Below the pieces are notes generated by a model that was not told where the DNA came from, made no database searches, and saw only the letters and a program-made list of their open reading frames with translations. From Paragordius varius (Eukaryota > Animalia > Nematomorpha), in contig OZ176050.1 in assembly GCA_964247055.1 (NCBI GenBank), forward strand, positions 8,556,001 to 8,620,000: 64,000 bases of DNA, written 5' to 3'. Of this stretch, positions 55,501 through 64,000 are shown piece by piece (within the stretch, counting starts at the first letter, position 1; every line of letters starts with the position of its first letter). Position numbers and translations under genes: made by a program.

Positions 55501-58500
55501 TTAAACATTATATCTATAAAATTCAATGCTGCTAAAGATCACCTTTGGTTGTAAACAATATCGTTCGTCTTAAAATTTGGTTTCATAATAAAACTAACGA
55601 ATTTTTTAATTAAAATTATGAGAGGTTTTCAACAAAAAAATTTTATTCGTTATAAAAAAGAAATATGGAATATATACGCATGTGGCTGTATGTATTGTGC
55701 ATTAACTTGATTTCGATTAAAGTTTGAAAGGTTGGGCGTATAAACTGATGAATCTAATATATAATAAATTTAATTTTGTAAAAAATGAAAATTAATAATC
55801 TTAATTCATATAGATTTATTACAAATTAAAAATACCTTGTAACCACCTAACTTGGGTAGCTGGCCCGTAACCTTTTTCGTTTTTAGCAGCAATACGAAAA
55901 ATTATAGCGGGTTTATTTGATGATGAAGATATATCTATTTGTGCATTGGATAAGATTGTATTATGGACAAGGCAGGAGGGCGATTGTCCTGAATAAACTC
56001 GAACAAATTGTAATTGACTATTGCTTGAACTTGTTTTAGGGGTTGGGAAAGAATTACTTAGGTTCAAAATTGAAATATATAAAAAATATAGATTTAATAA
56101 TATGTAATTAGAAACTTGACTAGCAATGTCTTACACATAATTATTGTTTTTAGATAAAATGTTTCATGGGTATGTCGTAAAATTGGATGAAAATTAAAAT
56201 AAAAAGTATTAAACCTTTATAAATTACACTGATTTTTAGCATTAGTTATACTTTTTTTAAAAATATAAAATATTAACTAAATACAATTATATTCAATTAA
56301 AATAGCCGATGTGACGGATATTTTAATATTTTTTAATAAACTGTCCTAAATTATAATTTAAGAAACGTATAATTACATAAAAATTTAGTATTAAAAATAA
56401 AATTTTACTTTATTTGATTGCGTATGGCAAGATAAACCGAATATTCAACAATCTTTCCAGCACTATTTTGGGGTGGTTCCCAAGCTAAATTCGCTCCATC
56501 AACAGACTGTAATTATAATATAATGTTATAAATTCAATTTTCGCATAATATGTGGTTCTTTTCTATAATTTTAAAAACTTTCATACAACATTGATAAAAA
56601 TGTATGATTCATTATAAGCTTGAAATACTATGGATTTTTTCGTATTTGTTAACGTTGGAATTTGAAATCCATTGGGTCAAAAATAAAAAAAAATTATTAT
56701 AAGAATCTAAATCAGGTATCGGTATTGCCAAAATTCAGAATATTGCTTCTACAAAAAGTTTTTATCAATTTATTATTTATTGTGCATAACAAAACGAGAA
56801 CACATACGTTAGTGAAAATTTAATTTTTAAAAACATAACAAAGGTCATGCATATTTAAAAAACCATAATTTTAACAAGTAATTTTTCAAATAAAACCTAC
56901 CGTTTTGGGTTGAAATATGAAGAATAGAGATGTATATATTGGTAACAAATTTTAAAATTTTAATAATATAGTTTATGTAAAAAAATCAATGGGAATGACT
57001 ATTTAAATGCAAAAAACTTTGTCTTTACGTTTTAATGCTTTTTCTTTGTAATTTCTATTGTATTAAAAACAAACTTTTCACAAAAAAATAGAAAGAAATG
57101 AATGAATATAGTTCATTTGTCTCATATTTTTGAATTAAATGTATTAATATTTTATAAACTATTCATATTTTGCTTAGTATTTTCAAACACAAAAATTTAA
57201 GTAAAACATCCTTCTTAACCAAAATTCGCAGTCTACTAATTCAACAATTTATTTTGTAAAGAAAGACAACCCTTACTTTAGTAATTTTTATGGATGAAGG
57301 CGCTCCAGGAAATCCTGGAACGCATGTTTTGAAGGCCGCAACCTCGGACCAAGGACCCCTACCGCAGGCATTTATCGCGGCAACTCGAAATTTATAAGCC
57401 GTGGCAGGTAACAGGTTTTGGGTAATGTAAGTGTTGGATGTTTCATCGTCGTTTTCTGTGTGGCTTGCGGGTAGGCTTGAATCGAATGATGTCTAAAAGG
57501 TAATATGTGGAGTTTTAAATGTGAAGAAATTTCGGTCAAATAAACATTTAAGAATGAGTTATTTTATATATATTTAAAAATCTGTTAAATTTTATAAAAA
57601 GGTAATGCGTGGATGCGTAAATTGGGCCAAGTACAAATAATAAAAAATCAATTTTATGCGACGTATGAAATACAAATTTATATTAACCTTGTAGTTTTCA
57701 CATATTGTTAAAAAATATAACTAAAATTTTGGCTAAATAAACTTAAGATATGGAATAAATACTCCAAAAATCATTTGAAAATAAGGCCTATTATATTTTT
57801 ATCAATGATGTTTTTTAGTATTTAATAGCATAACATATTTTACCAAGTGATTGAGTTTAATTTTGTAATTTGTGACTAGACAGGTGTTTAGAGGTGTTAT
57901 GCAAATGTCATGCCAATCGTCAGCATCTTTGTCCGTATCTTCGCTTTTTATTGTCTATAATAGATATATTAATTTTGTAAAAAAACCTGAGATGGCGATT
58001 TAACTTCATTCGTTTTTTGAGATGGGCCTAAAACACAAAAAAAGAATTATAAATATCTTGTGTGACATAAAATTTTTAAAAAAGTAAGTATAAATGAAAC
58101 AAAAGATGTGGGTAAACATTTAAGCCGGATAGTCTACCACAAAAAATCAACCCAAAAAACAATATATAATCTTAAACTGCAGTTAGAATTATCATTTGAT
58201 AAAACCAAACTTTACAAATGTATATTTAACTAAAACATAAAACCATAAACTATAAAATCTATGTAAATATGTGAATTATTTTTAGAGAGTTAGTAATTTA
58301 TTTATATTTGTTACTTTCTAAAATATAATATACAAATTATGGTAATAGCCAAACATATATTTCTGAATAAAATAACTTATAAAACAAAAACTTTTTGAGA
58401 TTTGAGTTTCTGTGGTCGTTGTTAGAGGTGTTGAAGATTGATTTATGGAACCAAAAATATTACTATTACCATTTAAATTATTGAGTTGACCACTTAAATC

Positions 58501-61500
58501 AATTAAACCGTTTGTTGTGTTATTTATGCTATTATTATTATTATTATTTAAATTGTTAAAAGTGGATGGTAATATTGAGGGTAAAATATCATCCAAAAGA
58601 GAGGAGGATGTTGGACTTCCCAAAATTTCATCGAATGGTAAAGCTTGGCCATTAACAAAAGATTTCGTGTCTAGGTAAGAAACACAGATTTATTAATAAG
58701 TATACTTATTTTTTTCTCGGATATTAAAAAAGAACAAATCTTTGATACTTCGTTAAATATTAATAAACTTTTTTGTTATTTGATATTCTTAACCAATGAA
58801 TTATACGTGGTTTAAGAATAAATTATAAAAGAGAATTTTATTTAAAACAAAATGCCATTTCATTATTTACTGATTAAACTATATATATTAATTACGATTT
58901 TTCTTAATATGCAATCTATTATTGTTATGCGAAAACGTAGATATTCATAATTTAAAGGATTAAAAAATACCTATAGGTGAAAAAAGACTATCAGGGAGAA
59001 TAAGATTTTCAGGAAGCGTAAGATTGCTTAACCCATTTGAATTTGCTAAATGTGGAGTTAAATTGCTGTTAATAATAGAGGTTGGCGTTAAAGATGAAAT
59101 TTTAGGGCTGATAGAATTAATAGCATTGACATTATTTTCAACTTGATTACTCGTTGAATCATTATTTTTAAGGGAAGATATTATTCGATCGATCGCTATG
59201 TTAGCCTCTGTCGTGCTCGTTAAATTTAGTGTATTTGGTCTAAATTACAGTAAAAATTAAAAAGTATATAAAGACAACAACTTATTTATATAAAGAAATT
59301 TTTTTTATTCTTTTGTAGCCTATTTAATTAGGATGTAAAAAATTATACTTTTTACTTAAATTTTTATAATAATATATCATGTTTAAAGATGTTGTTGTCA
59401 TATAATAAAATATTTTTGTACCAATTAAATAATAATATGTAACAAACAATTAAAATTTCGGTAATCCTTGAAATTATAATATTTACAAACATTAATTAAA
59501 TAATATCAAAGATAGGATATCCGTTTTTTAAAAAATAAAAATATCTATAAACAAAAACCTATTATTTGTATTGATGGTGGTCGATAAACTATTCGAGATA
59601 GTTGAAACAAGGGCGTCGCCGATTACCGAAACATTATTCGTTGTACCGTCAGTGGAAACATCCTTGACATTAATTAAACTTTGTCGTTCTTCAATGGTGT
59701 TTTCGACTTTTATTGATATGTTATCATTGGATTGCGCATTGTTATCGTTGCTTTCTGTGATGAATGGTAGCACAAATAAAATCCAATGATACATATTAAA
59801 TTTTTTTATTCATAATCTTTATATTACTTGGTAATTTGAAGCGATTTTTTACGTAACGCATGCCCTTGTGTACAATTAATGATTTTACAGATCATTAGAA
59901 ACTGGCCTTTGCCATTAGCGCATTTTCAAAGCCCAGCCAACACCGCGAGGAGGTGGAAACAGGAATGAGTTAATTAATTGATATGTGCAAGAATTCTATA
60001 AGTGAACCATTAAAGCAATTTATCCTTTAAAAATTCATAAAATTAGCGCGTAAGCTCTATAGTACTTATCAAATTTTTCAAAATATATCATAGATTTTCG
60101 CTGAATCATTACTATTTTTTAAAATATATAAAAAATAATTATTACCCGATGTTGTTTCAGTATTTTGGGAGGGTGAGGTTGGCGGTGTTCCACAATGAAT
60201 ACCATCATCGCATTTTTGTTTTGTATCTTGTTAATAAATAGTGTGCATAATTTATGACCATATTTTTGTAATTAAATACTGATTAAATTGATTTTTTTTA
60301 TTTAAGTTGATCATTTTATTATCAAAATAATTTTTTAAAAACTTTTTTAGTGAAATGTATAACTCTTAAACTTTAAAATTTGAATAATTACTTTGCGGTG
60401 AGCTAGGTGGTGTACCACAGTGTATTCCGTCATCGCACTTTTTATCAATAGATGCACCTTATCAAAACAAATTATTAGAAAAAATTTATTAAAAAAATAG
60501 TAATGTTCTTTTGTAAGCTAATTTATTTTACTTGATGTGCTGGGTGGAGTGCCACAATGTATACCATCATTGCATTTTTTATCATTAGATACATCTGGTA
60601 AAAACAAAACAATTGTGTAAATATTATATGCATGCCATTAAAATATTCGAAAATTGAAATTTCAAAATTTTATAAAAAATTTAATTCTATTTACTTGGTG
60701 AGCCGGGTGGTGTACCACAGTGAATTCCATCTTCACATGTTGTGGTTTCTGAAATTATTTATTTTGGATATAAAGTATATATAAGGTCAATCGAAAATTA
60801 AGACATTTAGGATAAAGGTAACAATACTATTAAATCACTTAAATATATTAATTATATTTGCAAATTTATATATAAAATCAATATTTTCATATACTAATTA
60901 ATATAAATTATATAATATAATTTAAAACTTGATGGAACTTCTGAAGTGAGGATGGAATTCTTAGGTATTTTGTTAGTATTGTCAGGAAGTGTAATCTAAA
61001 ATAAATTTAAACAAAATAGTTAAATTATATATATACATTATTGTAATATAATTACTTAAAAATATTTAGTAAATTATATTTATCATCGTATCCAAAAATT
61101 AAATTATATGATAAAAACTTTTTTAGTTTCTATGAGATTAGATGCATTGTTGGAGACAATAGGTTTGGCGATTTGTTGTTTAACGTTAAATACGTTAGGA
61201 TTATTAACTAGTTTGAGTGTAGAAGCCACGGTTGTATTATTTGATGTGTTTGTAGGAGGATTCATTAACTTTATGAAGGTTGCTCCCTGTGGTATATTTA
61301 TGATACCTTTACCCTAAAAAGTTAATAATTAACTGATATAACATCATTAATTTATATAAATATGTCTTTATGGATAAATAATGTTAAATAATTTAAGCAT
61401 TTTTCGCAAGATTGACCCTATCATAATTATAAAACATCAAGTTCGATTTGTATTATTATTTGGGTATGACATATAGGTTACTTACCTATATATCTTTTAA

Positions 61501-62397
61501 AAAATAATTTAAAAAAGTAAAAGTTACCGCTTCATTTAAACGCAATTAATCGTTTATATAAAAATTAACGAAATATAATTTTAATAAAATTGGTACCAAA
61601 ACATTGACTTGTTGCATGGGTAATTGTGAAACGTTTCCCGTATTCTACAAATCAAAAAATTATAAAAGATAAAGCAATATTCAACACAAAACTTTCCAAA
61701 TTTTATATGATAATAAAAAAAATAATAACTGGTGCTAATTGCAAATTTCCTTGAGAGGTTTTTATAAGAGTAATGATTTGTGGAGTCGTAGCAGATTTTC
61801 CAGTTTGGGTTAAATTAGTTATTGCAGAGGGATTATTAAATCTATTGACGCCGCCTGTTAATGCTACATTTGAAGCCACCATTGAATTCAGTTTCCCAAT
61901 GTTTGGATTTTTAATCATTGGTTGCATTACATTTTTTATTGGTTGTGATCCTAATAATATAAATGTTTGTGAGACAAAAATGTGGTAGATTATAAATTAT
62001 TATAACAATAACCCCGTATTAAAGGAATTATATAGAAAAAATTTACATGAATGATATAATTTAAACTAATTTATGTAAATAGGTATTATGTATAGTTAAC
62101 ATTAAAAATGTATGATCTCATTATCAAAGGAGAGAGAGAGACAAGCTATTATAAGATTCATAAATTATGTTAAAAATATTTATTAAAACATTTTCACATT
62201 TAGGTAATACATATTAATATATATAATCCGCTCCTTAGAAGAACAAAAGTAGAAATGTTAACAAATTAGCGATAAAAATGTATTTTACCGAGTGACAAAA
62301 TTTTTGGGTTAAGTGGACCCTGTTTCACGTTAAACGCTGATGATGATTGCGCGGCAGCGGCTGCTAATGCTAAAGCATCCATACCAGTTTGCTGTTG
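55501..62397 (-). CDS. HCFC1: Host cell factor (HCF-1-like), partial (Kelch region lies beyond the window); exons 62397-62289, 61950-61730, 61644-61603, 61313-61119, 60995-60929, 60748-60695, 60594-60532, 60457-60392, 60226-60146, 59754-59559, 59239-58971, 58670-58392, 58027-57987, 57954-57844, 57492-57277, 56506-56409, 56056-55836, last exon 55568-55501 tentative
   Basis: [13 protein letters not shown] (start of the basic region), [67 protein letters not shown] and [33 protein letters not shown] match recalled HCF-1 FN3 regions. All listed phases join. Confidence 0.92.
60146..60748 (-). repeat. Four tandemly duplicated coding mini-exons (54, 63, 66, 81 nt) in HCF, each encoding C[E/N/D][10 protein letters not shown][S/T]
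   Basis: AG/GT-bounded exons, all phase 1-1, with an invariant 9-aa core and synonymous-only differences. Confidence 0.9.
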
Positions 62398-62509
62398 CTA
62401 ATAAAAATATTGTTAATTTTACAATAAAATTAAAGGGAGAGTAAAAAGTAAAAGACAAACATTTTTGGGATACAAAAAACTGGTTTTTTGTTGATCCTTA
62501 ATTTTATAA

Positions 62510-62773
62510 ACCATTTACAGTTCAAATTTATCCTTGAACAATTCATATTCACCCTAAAAAACAATTCGAACTAGTATAACTCATTATTAATATGAAATAT
62601 ATCTTTATAGCATAGTTTATTTTTCCAGTAGCATTTTAATTTACAATAATCTTTAAAAATTTATTAAATATAGGTAACTTTTAATTATATAAAACACATA
62701 ATTTATTTGAGGGTGAATTATTGTTTAATAGTGAAAATTGTTCGTTGTTTAAGGGATATAAATCGTAAATGGT
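62510..62773. mobile_element. MITE family C in an HCF intron
   Basis: ACCATTTACAGTTCAAATTT...GTAAATGGT, same family as 17650-17804. Confidence 0.7.
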
Positions 62774-64000
62774 ATATAAAACCTATTTGATTACGATTTG
62801 TGATATAAGAAATAAAGATAAGAATTGCCAAGACAATAATTTTTAATATAACAATTGTAATCAAAAATAGTTTTCTTAAAAAACGTAAGTTTTTTAATTT
62901 TCATGTGTCTTGATAATTTTCTATTTTCCTTGTAAATAATTAAATTTGGAATATAAATTACACTGGACAACAAATTTTTTCTGCCACTCGAGTTTTTTGA
63001 ATTTTCTGATATTTAGTATCATTTTAACAGTAAATCTGAAATAAAAATTATAACTCGTTGGAAGAATTTTGTATAATTTAAATTTATTGATTATGCGCCC
63101 TCTTTATAAAAATTTTACTAAAAAATATTTTTCTTTGAAAATATAAAGGTAATGCCCGTTTGTAATATATCATTCGAAAGAGTAATAAAAACTCTATAAT
63201 ATGCATACTAATATGTATTACATCGACAGTTTATTGGACACAAAGAGCGACAAACGCGCGAAGCGAGAGCATTTTTTTTAATTATTATATTTTTAAAACT
63301 AATGGATGAAAATAGCTCAAACTTTGTTTAGATGGTGATGAATGTCCAAAAAAGATAACACAAGAAAGTTTTTTTGATTAAAACATTTTTTTATTGCTTT
63401 TATGTCACTCAAAACAGCCATTTTTAAGTTTTTTGTTTTTTTAAAAATTACCATCTCATCAATATTAATTTATTTTCTTTACAAGGCTGATAATTTCGAA
63501 ATTTTAAAGATAGAAACAAAGTTTAAGGTATTTTTGATCTTTTATAGCCATTATATAATAAATTTACAGTTATAACTATGCATTTTAGTATCCACTAGGT
63601 AAAATATTTATTATATTTTTAATTTTTATTAAAAAAGCAAACCAAAAACTTTTTCAAACATTTTTTTTAAATTAAATACTAATATAACCCTAATAATTAT
63701 ATTAAAATAATTTATATGATTTTTAAATTAGTTTGTCTGTAAAATTCTTGACTTATTCAGGATTTGAAAATTTCGACCATTTAAATCCAAATAACTTTTA
63801 CATCCGAGTGATTTAAATGACTTACTCCCATTTAAAAGATGCAGTTTTTTGCGCTCTTTCGAATGATATAAAATACATGGCTTCATATTTAAAACTTTTA
63901 ATTTTCGAAATTTCGAGTTTAATGTTAAATCGTGGCCAAAAATTATCGATAAACTCTAATATAAAAATATTCTTCCATGCTAGACCAATTTTCTTTTCAG

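Noticed and set aside
60146-60748. Conserved ~30-nt repeats separated by variable spacers, superficially like a CRISPR array
   Set aside because: The repeats are splice-bounded exons varying at synonymous positions, the spacers are irregular AT-rich introns, there are no cas genes and the context is eukaryotic.

Overview
This is very AT-rich animal (invertebrate) nuclear DNA (roughly three-quarters A+T by eye, not computed), not prokaryotic. Seven protein-coding genes can be assembled by hand with consistent GT-AG splice phases: NOSIP (+), RABGAP1-like (+), an intronless SLC45A3-like transporter (+), RPS6 (-), a GH47 Golgi alpha-1,2-mannosidase (+), CHORDC1 (+) and the 3' two-thirds of host cell factor HCF (-, running off the right edge). 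Introns are bimodal: many are only 21-32 nt, while others are 0.3-4 kb and filled with transposons. Mobile DNA includes an intact RTE-type LINE with a PHD finger, a rearranged PIF/Harbinger element, seven piggyBac-type MITEs, Helitrons with internal tandem repeats and several foldback MITE families. The most striking observation is four duplicated phase-1 mini-exons in HCF, each encoding an invariant DGIHCGTPP motif, located where vertebrate HCF-1 carries its proteolytic repeats. Other notable points are the pervasive ultra-short introns, a histone-H1-like tail on RPS6 and a ~250-aa insert inside the RABGAP1 TBC domain. No rRNA, tRNA or CRISPR array was seen. Homolog comparisons are from memory; no database search was run.
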